Shown: positions 25,545 to 37,300 of the stretch, in pieces
Layout of the letters: the number at the start of each line of letters is the position of its first letter
Position numbering within the stretch: the stretch's first letter is position 1
Source of the DNA: Marsupella aquatica
Lineage: Eukaryota; Plantae; Marchantiophyta
Direction: 5' to 3'
NCBI GenBank assembly: GCA_973895155.1
Contig: OZ316899.1
Span: 13,085,934-13,149,933, forward strand
DNA length: 64,000 nucleotides
Translations under genes and position numbers: made by a program
The notes under the pieces: model-generated
Databases searched by the model: none
What the model saw: only the letters and a program-made list of their open reading frames with translations
What the model was told of the DNA's origin: nothing

Positions 25545-28500
25545 TCACACTTGGTCCTCATCGGCCTCAAGGTCATCTAGGTCTGATACAATAACATCTG
25601 GCTTCTCAGAAACAATGGAACGAGAACGTGGCACATAGGTGATGACAATTGACCACTCGGTGTCTAAGGGGTATGGAATGTAGAAACATTGCTCCAAGTG
25701 TGATGGGAAAGCAAATGGTTCTGACGTTTGCCAATGAGATGCTTGAACACTAGTGGCACTTGTCTTCAACCGTGTAAACCCACTCTCATCTTGAAGTACA
25801 GTGCAATTTTGACCAACAAGGTTCACTTTGAACCACTTGCACTTGAAGACATATTCCTCAAACTTTGAATGGTTGTCATATGATACCACCAAGATCTCCT
25901 CTATCTTCCCATAGTGTGGCACAACATCTCTAACAATGTTCCTGTCATGGCGGCTGCTTCTGGAGTCTTGAGAAAATTCCCCTTGAACTCCACAATCAAA
26001 AGTACGACCCCTCTTCTCATCAAGGGAAGAAACCCTAAAATTAACAAAACCCACAAATTTTTATTACACTGTAAAAGATACCATTAATGTAATAATCATC
26101 AAAATATGACACCCATCCCTAAATAGCCAAAACCCACATGGCCTATGGCATAAATATAGAAGCCAACATTACAGTTATGGATGTCATTAATGATAATAGA
26201 AAGTTTTTAAACAATAGAAATAACTAATCAAAATAAGGTCTACATGAATTAATTGAGGAAGAAAGGTTAGGTACTAGTGGACCTGAAGTGTCTCCCTTGT
26301 GTCCACATAGCCGTCTTGGATGTCACCACTCTCAAAGGGCCATGAACAATGGTCCGAACGTCATCTGTGATGGTAGGAAAGTGGGACACATCTCCTCCTT
26401 GTGTCACCATGTCATCCAACTCAAGCAACTTTTGCTTCATATACTCATGCATCTTAGGAAAAATTCTTGCTCTTTGACTTGTTCTCTTGGCATTCTCATA
26501 AAACTCTCTCCATTTCTCCATGATATTACTATTACTCAACATAAATGTTGTCAACTGTGACCACTCTGTTGATGTCAACATGCGTGTTTTTGTGGCACCT
26601 GTTAAACGGTCCTCCTCCTCTTCTCTTTCCTCCATCCAAGTACGTGGACAAGTAGGATCAATGGTGGCCAAGATGTTACTACAATAAAACATACTCTCTG
26701 CTGCCAAGTATCCTGTAGCTATGCTTCCCTCCACCCGTGCACGGTTACATACATAAGCCTTCAACACCGCCATGTAATGCTCAAGCCAATACATCCATCT
26801 ACAATGCACTGGACCTGCAATGGCAACCTCCCGCACAAGATGCACAAGTAAATGAACCTGACAATCAAAGAAGGAAGGAGGAAGGGCTTTCTCCAACTTG
26901 CATACCACCTCAGCTGCCAATACCTCCATCCCAGGGATCTCTTCTACATATATCTCCTTTGAGCATATCCATCTCAACAAACGACCCAATGACCAGATGG
27001 CATCTTGCACTTCTTCACTCCCTATACCTATAATTGCCACTGGCAATATATGCTGCAATAGGCGATGATAGTCATGTGTCTTCAGATATCGTGGCCACTT
27101 GTGATTGTCCTCCATCCCAAAAGCTTTTCGAAGGTTGGCACCATAGCCTATAGGAAACCGCATCTCTCCTATACGGTTCCGAAATTCACGTCTTTGGCCA
27201 ACACTCAACACCCAAGGAGCAGAAGGACGATTCTCCACACCTGTGATAGGATCAATTGTCACCCAAACATCTGGATGCATTTCCATCTCCTCGCATGCCT
27301 CCCTAAAATTAGTGTCCTTCTCCCCATAAAAATGCTTTATCAAAGCCTTCCCCACATTTCCCTCTATGTGCATGGGGTCTAAAAGATGGCGGATCTTCAA
27401 CTCAGACCAATAGGGCAAAGTGGCTAGTATACTCCACCTGGTCAAACCTGTCCTATCAAAGGTGAAGGAATCATTTGAGTCTGCCACCCTATTAGCTAGT
27501 GACTTCCAATGTGCAAAACTTGTTGCATCAGGAATTTCACGCTCATCACCAAATGGCATGTCAAAGGAGGAGAATAGAAGTGGGTCAAACCTCATCTCAT
27601 GCCCCATGGGAAGAAACTTTGTATGCCCAATATAAACAATCTTTCTAATCCATGAACAATATGTGGCCATGTCCTCTAAGCTTGGGCCACAAGTAGAGCA
27701 AGCTTTGTACCCCTGAGTTTGCAATCCAGAGACAAAACCAAACCCTGCTTACATAGAAGAAATCAAACCATGCAAACTTTATGTTAGGGTTGTCACATGA
27801 GAAACATCAATAGGAACTACACATTATTGAAGGGTTGCAAATGGCATGGAAGTCATCTTACCAGGATAGTCATGCATTGTCCAACAAATGATCCCTCTCA
27901 ATTGAAAGACACGTGGAAAACCTCCTGTAATTTTCCTGCCATCATATGCCCACACTCCATTCCATAATTTTTGAAGTTCTCCAACCAATAGTGCCAAGTA
28001 AGTGTCAAAGTTCTTCACCTTTTTTGGACCTGGGATAATCAAAGACAATAAAAGGAACCCCTTCTTCATGGATAGCCATGGTGGGAGGTTATAATTCATG
28101 ACAACCACAGGCCAAACTGATGTAGGTTGCCCCTTTCCTCCAAGTGAATGAGGGCTAACTCCATCAGATGCCAATCCTAGCCTCACATGGCGAGGATCAT
28201 GTGCAAAGTCTGGCCATGTTGCCTCAATATGTTTGTGAGCAGGGGAGTCAACTGGCAACCGCATGACACCAGACTCTGATCGATGAGTCTTATGCCATAC
28301 CATCAACTCTGCCAAGTCAGAACACCGATACATGTGCAACAACCGAGGAATGATGGGAAACCAACGAACAGCCTTCCTTGGCACCTTCTTTGTTAGCATG
28401 TTGGGGTCATAGCGAGGCTCATCACATGTTGTACATTGTGTCATGTTTGCATTGGCCCCATGAAATAACATGCAATCATTCACACATGCATGAACAATAT

Positions 28501-30364
28501 GATATTCCATGCCAATAGATGAGAGAACACTCTTTGCCTCCTTCCAAGTTGCTGGCAACACATTCTCAGTGGGCAACATAAGGTCATGGCAAAGTGCAAA
28601 CATATCAGATAACAAGGCATTGCTTGCCTTGTGTTTGGCCTGTAGGTTCATCAACCCCAAGATGGCTGAAAGACGACTCAAACGAGCACCCTCATAGATA
28701 GGTGTTCGGGCATGTTCCTCTGCTTCTTCCCATTGGCGTTGTCCCTCAGGGGTATGCCTTGGGCGTGGATCATTGGGGGGCACCTGCCCTTCATTGGGAA
28801 GGTCATCACCAAGGTTGTCGGCACCAAACCAATCAACCATAAAGTCATCCATGGCTCTATCCTGGTCATCAGTTACTTGTTCATCCGTCCGAGGTACCTC
28901 TTCATCAGGGTTACTGCTTCCACTAGCACTTGATGAGGAGTGTGACTCTGATCCATGTCCTTCTTCTGGCATACCCATTTCTCGATATGTTGCTCTCAAT
29001 CTCCGTGGTAACATATTTGGAGAGGGTCGCACATTCTAAAAACAAAGCAAACAATTGAAAGTTATATTGCAAAGAGAACACACACAAAAATGGGCTAGGG
29101 GTGTGCAAAAATGAAATAATATTGGTTGTGGTGCAAATACAAAATGTGGCCAAAGGCCATATGTAGTGCCCTTTGATATGCAACATACCACCTATGACCC
29201 TTAACTTAACCCTAATCCCACTCATAGTGAGTAAATAACTCATCCTCTGAGTTAATGGTCCTTGTTGCTACAACTAGGCAATGGTCATGATGATATGTCT
29301 GGCCATAAGGTGCTGGCGGAGGACCCTCAATGAAAACCCACTCACAATTTTGCCTACGCTTAGGGCGAGTCCCCACGGTACTGTTTATGAAACCAGCAAT
29401 ATTCCCAGTCCGTATGGGGTCCCCATCTATGACACGCTGCTCACTATACCTTCTAGTGTTTCCATCAAAAGTATCCATGTCCAATGCATAAGTCTTCCAC
29501 TCAGGGTGTTGTGCAAGGATCATGTTCCAATGTCTTCTCTTGTAGATGGGTCCACCATAAGGAAACAAAGTAGGCCCCTCTCGGCCGCGTCCACCTCTAC
29601 CACTCTCGGCGTCCACAATGATGTCCTCACAGGCAAAAACTCCATAGCCATGTCTATCCCCAAGTGTGGAAGGTTTGATAACCCAACGTCTACCCCAAAC
29701 CTCTACCTCCGCACCGTAGGAAAGCTGTTGTGGCAAACCAAGAGTCTCAGGATCCCAGTCCTTGATGATAGGGACACATCTGCCAGTGAACTCACAATCA
29801 CCCCACCGACCCGTAACCACTGCCTTGTACAAATCAGTATCCCCTCGGGCCCGCCTCTTGGAACGCTTTCTCCCTCTTGGGACAATAGCCTCAACCCCAA
29901 CTTCCCTAGGACTGGTGGGCCTTGCCGCTAGACCCAAGGCTTTTGAGAATGCATTGCCTATAGCATCTAGAACACCTTGTGATGGGACATAGGGTGCTTG
30001 TGCCGCAGGTCTAGGCCTATTGGATACCTATTCCACCGAAACCAAAACAAACAAAAGTAGGTGTGAAATTGCAAACCTTCAACCATTGAGTAATGGGAAT
30101 AGGGTAGGAAAACTAAGGCATAACACTTACCATATGAGATGAAGAAGCCCCTGCCGTATGACGTCCACAACGCCCATATCTCTCAATATGTTGGGCACAT
30201 ATGTAAGATTTTTGGGAAACCTGACCCACACATCTGGAACATTCACAAAGTTGACGGGGTGGACCGCGAGGAGAAGGTGCGGTCGTGTGATGTTGAGGTG
30301 GAGGTGGTGTATCTTCATCAGAGGAGGACGAGTCTGTGGTGGAGATTTCAGAAGATGAAGACAT
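25545..30364 (-). CDS. CACTA transposase (TnpD/Tnp2-like), 4 exons, 1119 aa, open frame
   Basis: Exons 30364-30131, 29035-27862, 27744-26283 and 26034-25545, all GT-AG and phase-consistent (3360 nt). Motifs CECSRC..HIERYG, HACVNDC, LASDGVSP, YNLPPW, DYPG, LDPMHIEGNV, LKTHDYH, PPSFFD, GPVHCRWMY. Confidence 0.9.
29212..30027 (-). CDS. SET-domain (lysine methyltransferase-like) exon inside intron 1 of the CACTA transposase
   Basis: IKPSTLGDRHGYGVFACEDI, FPYGG, IDG..GNIAGFINS, NCEW, VVATRTINSEDELFTHY. Polypyrimidine tract and AG acceptor before 30027, in phase 0 with exon 1; the spliced product is 349 aa. Confidence 0.85.
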   Translation of the reverse strand, partial: VSNRPRPAAQAPYVPSQGVLDAIGNAFSKALGLAARPTSPREVGVEAIVPRGRKRSKRRARGDTDLYKAVVTGRWGDCEFTGRCVPIIKDWDPETLGLPQQLSYGAEVEVWGRRWVIKPSTLGDRHGYGVFACEDIIVDAESGRGGRGREGPTLFPYGGPIYKRRHWNMILAQHPEWKTYALDMDTFDGNTRRYSEQRVIDGDPIRTGNIAGFINSTVGTRPKRRQNCEWVFIEGPPPAPYGQTYHHDHCLVVATRTINSEDELFTHYEWD

Positions 30365-31663
30365 ATCCCCTGTAACAAGATATAATTAAAATGGGCATGT
30401 TATGACCAAAACATACCACAAAATGATATAAATCAAAGTTCCCAAATAATGATGACAAGAAACCCAAACCAAAATGACCATAGCAATAAAAAAGGTACCT
30501 TTATGAGACCCGGGCTCAGCAGTGCCAATAGCTCTTGTGGCTCTAAGATAATTAATGAACCCAATCTAAAAGTATGAGGGAAAAGCTGCAACCATTCCAT
30601 GTATATGTAAGCACAATAATCTGGACCAGACAAGAACAAAAAACCCTATATACATGTCCCCTTTATACATAGTGGCAACCAAAAGTGTTAAGTACATGAA
30701 AGGAACACTTTAGCCGATCATGCAATGTTTACCTTTCAGATGCCCGGGCTCTCACAATGCATATGCATTAGTATCAAATCATCAAAAAGTGCCGCACCCT
30801 GCAAGCTATCATATATTCCCCTCCTTTGTTAGCAAAACCCATGCCAATCCCCTTTTGATTCATAAACCCAATGAACCTCTCTTAAACCCAAAAGGCTGCA
30901 ATATAAATCTCATGAAACCTTGCTTTGTCTTATCCAAACCTTCAACCCCAAACCGCATCCTACCTATTAAACCTAAATCTGACTTACACACAAACCCAAA
31001 CCTTTCTTCAACCCTAGAGACCTTTCTATTTAAAAACTCCAAACCCTAAAACCCTAAACCCAAACCTTACTTATTTCTTGTAAACCAAATCCCACACCTT
31101 TATTATTTCTTCTAAACTAATGTAAACCCAAACCTTAGCCTAAACCAACACCATACATAACCCATTAACCTGAAATCTGCCTAACCCTTCAAACCCGCCT
31201 TCAACTATTATCTAACACCCAAAACATGGCCAAAAAGCATTCCAAATATGAGTATAGAGGGGTCCACTTCACCTTTGAAAAAAAACCTTTCAAATGAAAC
31301 CAACATTCCCCAAGGACGAGTTGCCAATGTCTTGCGAAGCCGCTTCCTTCGCAAATACCATCACAAATTAGAATTGAAGTTTGCGAAGCTACTGCTTTCG
31401 CAAGACCTTCAGAAAAACAGAGCCCGAGAGCATTTCTGCGAGAGAGCGAAGGTGTTGCGAAGCCTTTCACGTCGCAATGGTTTCGCAAAATTGAGAAACT
31501 ATATACGAAACAAGAAGAATTGCAACTTGCGAAACGGGTTGCTTCGCAAGTCTTTCCCGCTTGTACTTTTGCACTCGGCCGCGGCGTACTCAGCGGCATT
31601 TGACAAATTTCAAGCGTAGGGAGGGAGAAGGGAGCTCGCGCGTGCTCGGGGGGTGGCTTGGCT

Positions 31664-33633
31664 ATGGATTCCAGTGGAGCAAATGGAGGTGATAGGGCAG
31701 GGGTGAGTGAGAGTGGCAATGGGAATGAAGGCAATGGGGAGCAGGAGAGGAATCGATGGACCGATTTGATGGCTGAGCACCTCAATGCAGCACAGTTGAG
31801 CCACTTAGATTTGACTACACCAGCAGGGATTGATTCTTTGAGTGCAATCCTTGGGCAAGCCTTGCAAACGGGAGTAGATGCAGGGAACATTGCAAGGGAG
31901 GAGGAGCAAAGGAGTGCAGCTCAACAGAAGGCAAGAGAGAAGAAACGTAAGAAGGAGGAGAGGGCCAAGGCAGGAGTAGTCTCACCTGTTGCCCTAGAAA
32001 AGAAGAGGAGGAGAGAGGAACGAGATGAGATAAGAGCACAACGGGAGGAGCAGCGAAAGAAGGAGGAAGAGAGGAAGAAGCTGCCTATGATTGCCTTGAT
32101 CGAAGGCATTCCTACTGAACTGGCCTACACCGGGGCAAAGAGCACTATCAGGCTTATGGTGCGCTCCAATTTTGCACGAGGAGTTGAGTGGGGGAAACTC
32201 AGCAAGGCAGACCAGAAGAAAGTAATGAGTCAAATCAAAGATTCATTTCGAAATGGAGCAGAGATTGATGAACAGTGGCTTGCAGATAGAATTTCCAATT
32301 CAATGTCTCAAGCACGGTACCATGATAGGAAGAAGGTAAGGGCCTACCTGGCAAACTTGGAGGAGAACAGAAATGTGAGGAGGCCACTGCAATTCACTGA
32401 GGACGTGTGGAATGCCTTTTACAAAGTGGAGGTGCAGATGAGAGCTGCCAGGAACCTTCTCTTCTGGAAGGAGATGGAAGCCAAGGCACAGAAGGCCGGG
32501 AAGTCCGACCGAGAGCTCAGGCAATGGCTGAGAAAGTGTCTCACATGCAGCACATTGTGGATGAAGTGGGTGCACCACCCCAAAAATTCATCCTTGCAGC
32601 TGAGCGAGTCAGCAAACGGCCCAAGACCACGCACAAGATGGGCCAAGGTGGACTTCCCGGCCTCAAAGCACACTTTGTGAGTGGGCCCTCTCCTCTCCTC
32701 CCCTGCTTCTGTTTCCTTGCTTTCAATTGCTATCCAAACCTGCAATGCCCCCCCTGCATACCTCTTGTTTCTTTCTTACGGCCTGCCTTGTACTTTAGGT
32801 CACCCTGACACATTGCGTGCCTTAGAGATTTCTCGGAATTTTTTAAAAACAGAGTTTGCGAAGCTTTTGCGATGCGGGTTGCTTCGCAAATGTTTCGCAA
32901 AGTCTATCATGGCAGTTTTTAAAGTTGTAAATGCGAAGCTATTGCGAAATAACTCGCTTCGCAAACTACTTCGCAAACAGCCAATTTATTTGAATTTGCG
33001 AAGTGGGGAGTTTCGCAAGTGTGTATTATGTTTTAAAAAAACCGCTAAGGGTTATTGAGCCCAGTTTTGTGTTAGGGGGCACCCTATTAGCACCTCCATG
33101 CATTTTTCTTGGGTTTATAGCATATTAACCTCGATCTATTTTGGTTTTGGAATGTTTGGTTGTGGTAGTATAAGAGGTACCGCAGGAAGATAACAGCAAA
33201 AGAGATGGAGATAGGAGCTGCGCATGGAGCCAAACATCTCTTTGACTTGGTTGACGCAGAGTTGGCGACTGTAAGTGCATGTATCCCCTTCAGTTTTTCC
33301 CACCCAATCCACTTATCTTTTCATTCCGTAAACCTAAACCAATTTGGCGTTGTGCTGTGCAAACAGGATGATGAGGATGCCAGTGATACCAGCAGCACCG
33401 ATGAGAACAATGAGGGGACCACGACAAAGGGGCCCAAGGTAGGAGGGAGTAGTGGATCTGGACTAGTAGGAGGAGTTTCCCAGCAGGAGGGGGAGGAAGA
33501 GGATGAGGACGAGGACGAGGAGGAACCAGATGTGGAGGAGCAGCCAGCACCACCTCCTGTGCCACGTCCGGATCGTCGCAAGAGGGACAAGGGGAAGAGG
33601 CCGGCGACAAGGAGTAGGAGGACCCCATTCTAG
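31664..33633 (+). CDS. CACTA second gene (TnpA-like), divergently transcribed, with an apparent frameshift near 32515
   Basis: Exons ~31664-32676, 33169-33270 and 33367-33633. Motifs RPLQFTEDVWNAF and HKMGQGGL resemble En/Spm TnpA-type proteins. Acidic and basic tail. Confidence 0.6.
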
Positions 33634-34316
33634 AGCTTGGTGGTGTAGTGCCTATGGGATGCCCATTTACTTAGTGTAGTATATAGTTTTGATATGGGTA
33701 GTCTTATAGGGACCTAGCTTGTCATATGACACCCATCTAGGGTTTAGGGTTTAGGAAACCCTAATTTTTGTGTACCTATCAATTTTCTATAAAGCAATTT
33801 TGATTCAGACCTCATTCTCCGTGTTGGACGACAAGACCCCAACCATAATTCAAAACTCTAAATCTAAACCCTAGCCTCAAGACATCTTGCGAAACCTATG
33901 CGAACAACCCAATTCGCATATTTACCATATTGAAGGTATCGCAAACATTATGCAAACCACATACGTTCACAAAAATGCGAAGCCATGTTCATGGCATAAC
34001 TACCATTAACTTAATATCGCAAACCGATTACCAAACTTATGGGATTGCAAATATTTAACTGCTTGATTATTATCGCAAGCCTCTCGCGACGCCCACGGAG
34101 TCGCTTAAATGTGAGTCCTTTGCGATTCTATTAGTGTCGCAAGTTGCGAAGGCGTTGCGAAGGTCTTGCAAAAGACCGGATGCGAACCTTTGGGCTTCGC
34201 AGTTTGCGATTCTATTGCGATGCGCGATACTTCGCAAAGGCGAGTTTTGTTTTTTGATTTCCTTTGTTGTTTGCGATGCTTTCAAGTTCGCAAAAGGTGT
34301 GGGTAGTGTTGTAGTG

Positions 34317-35200
34317 AATAGCTCGCCAATCCCAAGAATGCACGAACTCTACTCACATTGGTAGGACAAGGAATCTGTGTAATGGCCTCCACCTTAGTCT
34401 CTTGCACACCCAATCCTCTTGGGTAGATAGTGTGGCCCAAATACTCAATTTTGTCTTGGAAGAACTTACATTTTCCAGGATGGAGTTTCAACCCATGTTC
34501 TCTCAATCTCTCCAACACAATTTGCAAGTGTCTATGATGTTCTTCCACCGTAGCAGAATAGACCAAAATGTCATCAATGTAACATCTCACAAAATCCAAA
34601 CCTGCAAGAATTCAATCCATGACTCTTTGGAATTCAGCCGGTGCATTCTTCAACCCAAATGGTAAGAACAACCACTGATACAGACAATCTTTGCCATAAG
34701 AATCAATTCCCCAAAATGTTGTCTTGGATCTATCAGAATGCCTAATTGGCAACTGATCAGCCTGAATCAGTTTCAGCTACACACGACCGTTTCAGCTACA
34801 CACAGCATCAAAGATCTCCTTTGGTGTGGACATGGCATATCAATCAGATTTTGTTTGACAATTAATAGGTCGATAATCACCACACATTTGCCTATCTGTG
34901 TAATTGCCATGCACATGCTTCTTGGTTGACATCACTGTGGCAGATGCATACTCCCCATATGAGATCTCCACTAGACCAGCCTCCAACAAATCCTGAGTTC
35001 TACTCTGGATCAAAGCCCTCTCCATGTCACTATACCGATACGGTCGTCAAAAGATTGGCGCATCACTAGCCAATTTGATCTAAATACCAGGATCCTTCAA
35101 TGTCCCCAAATCCTTCATACTAAATGCAAAATAGTTCCAATAACTCTTCAAGAATTGATGCATGTGACGTCTCTCTCCCCCGGTCAACTTAGGACCAATT
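34317..35200 (-). pseudogene. Reverse transcriptase of the DNMT-gypsy element
   Basis: LLEAGLVE..YASATV..MCGDYRPIN, LPFGLKNAP, CYIDDILVYS (~34570), KLHPGKC, EYLGH; frameshifted. Confidence 0.92.
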
Positions 35201-35479
35201 TGTGGTTCCCAAATCTCCATCAAAGTTGTGACATCTTCCTTTGGGGTTGAAGAGGCCACTGACCGTGGGTCGTGGGTGGAAGAGATACTCGCTCGTTGCT
35301 ATTTATCAATGGTTTGAGCAAGCTTCTTTTGCTCCACAATCTGTTCTGACTTGGCCAATCCTGCCATAGGTCCATCAATAGTCTGCTCGCCCCCAACTGT
35401 GGTCGCTACTATCTCAGTAGGCCGCAAGCTCACCAAAGGATGATTAGTAACATCATTAGTGCGCATTCGCACCTGTTCA

Positions 35480-36440
35480 GCTAACCCCAAGCTGATAATC
35501 CAAGTCAAGCAATTCAAATCCATGGCTTGACCAAGGACTTGACGACGTGAATTCTCCAAGACCGAGGCCACTGCCGTGGTGTTGGTCAAAAATCCCATAG
35601 CCCGCTTTCTCTCATTAGCGGTAGGCTCTACTAGTTGTTGTAGAGCTGTATCCCACACAAGTCCAGGGCCACCTGCTCGAAATGCGTATGAAGCAGAATG
35701 ACTCACAAAAGTGGGTAATGCATAACGCGGATGCCCAACAACATTCACCACTGCCAATGGGGGTCGATCAGATTGGGTAACACTTTGTGCACGACGCCCT
35801 GGATCCAAAATATCATCCACCACTAAGGTTGTCAAGCGAGTAATACCATCAAATGCTTGCTTTAACACCTCACATGGTAACAAATTAGTCCACCACAAGC
35901 GTGGACGATGTGCACGGGAACCCACACATGCAACATCCAATAACACAGCAGGCCAATCAAAGATTGAACCTGATGAACACTAGCAACAATTTGATGACGA
36001 TCATCACCCAATAGTGGCACATTCTCTAAAATGTATGCAGGAGAATGTGTCTGATGCAATTGGAGATAACGCAATGCACGTAACATCTCCCAAAATAGTG
36101 TAGATCTTGGATCACAAAATCCATGTCCAATTCCAGCCCGAGATTGACCCTGACATGGCCAACCCGCAATCACCAAATCAATGGGGCCAACACGATCCAA
36201 ATGATCCGCCCCCAATAATGAAATATCAGCAGACAATGCATGCTGATAACCATGAACGGCATCCACTGGCAACAACTATGGATAACATTCCACCAACATC
36301 GCTACATGACGTAGTGAGATCCTCTGTGTTATCTCATCATTTTTCACATACAAGTAACGACGCACAGGAATTCCTGCTTGAAGAACAACAGCCAATCCAG
36401 TGCTAATCCCACCAAATAAATCCAACAAACAAATACCCTC
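35480..36440 (-). pseudogene. DNMT3-like C5 cytosine DNA methyltransferase domain within gypsy Pol
   Basis: Motif I LLDLFGGISTG; IV DLVIAGWPCQG; VI YILENV; VIII AHRPRLWWTNL; IX ERKRAMGF; X RRQVLGQAM. One TAG (36276) and one frameshift (~35945). Confidence 0.92.
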
Positions 36441-36799
36441 CTCTGGATACTGCCACGCAATAGGAGTGGTATCCAATGGTGAAAGGGTCACCGGTCCATC
36501 TACAAAAGACTGTTGTGCTCTTGACTCTGGTGTGAAAGCATGACGCCATGCATCATGTATCAATTGGGCCGCATTTTGTTGCAAGGCCTCTCCAGTACCC
36601 CATATTGGTGCCACAATAGGCAGGTAATACACTCATCATGTGTTCTTCACGTGGCTCCTCCATTGCCGGAACATCTGTTGCATGTGCGTTACCTTCAATC
36701 AAATCATCAGATCCAGTAATCAAACTACTGAATGCTTCCAAAGACAATGGTGCAGATTTAGGACCTCCCACCGGTCCACTAAATTGCACTGGCAATCGG

Positions 36800-37200
36800 C
36801 TCAATTGAGCATCTCCAGATTGCCAATTGGGTTGATATGACACCGACTCATCCCAAAAATCAAGAACAAATCCCATAGGATAGAGTACTATACATCCCAC
36901 TAACACATTATATGACTCAGCCTTAGTCAAAATAGCTTGAGCCTGGATCCGTGAGTTATCCTTTGGATGATCCTCTTGAATCCTAAGTTCAAGTGCTCGT
37001 CTGGTGATATGTTGTTTGGGTGTAGGTCCTCCCAATGAAGTCTAAATGGGAAAGGGACACTCCTCCAAATCATCTGGACGCAATCCCAATCCTTGTATCG
37101 CAGACTTACCCAACATCAAGGGCTGAGCACCAGTATCCAATAACACTCGTTCTGGCTGGTATATTGCTCCAAAAGGCCCAACTAATCAGAAGATATCACT
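36800..37200 (-). pseudogene. Aspartic protease of the DNMT-gypsy element
   Basis: RVLLDTGAQPLMLG (DTG at ~37129-37137) and downstream YNVLVG. Confidence 0.85.
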
Positions 37201-37300
37201 CCGATTATCCAATGATACCACACTAGGTTTAAACCTAGTTCTCTCAAAGGCAGGGCGGGCTGGTAACTCCATCAACCTCGTCGTTGCTGCTTGCCATGTT

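Larger units (their letters stand above)
24584..34316. mobile_element. CACTA (En/Spm) DNA transposon, full length, 9733 bp
   Basis: CACTACAACA at 24584 and TGTTGTAGTG ending at 34316. 3-bp TSD AAT at 24581-24583 and 34317-34319. Dense subterminal TTCGCAA/TTGCGAA repeats. Removal restores RAFLGLASYYRRYVKGFS in the gypsy RT. Confidence 0.97.

Noticed and set aside
33738-33755. TTTAGGG telomere-like repeats (also ~31041-31061 and ~55665-55680)
   Set aside because: Only 2-3 units each; telobox-sized, not an interstitial telomere, and no function can be supported
35299-36632. DNMT as a host gene or bacterial contaminant
   Set aside because: Intronless, collinear between gypsy protease and RT, decayed like its neighbours, and contiguous with plant TEs
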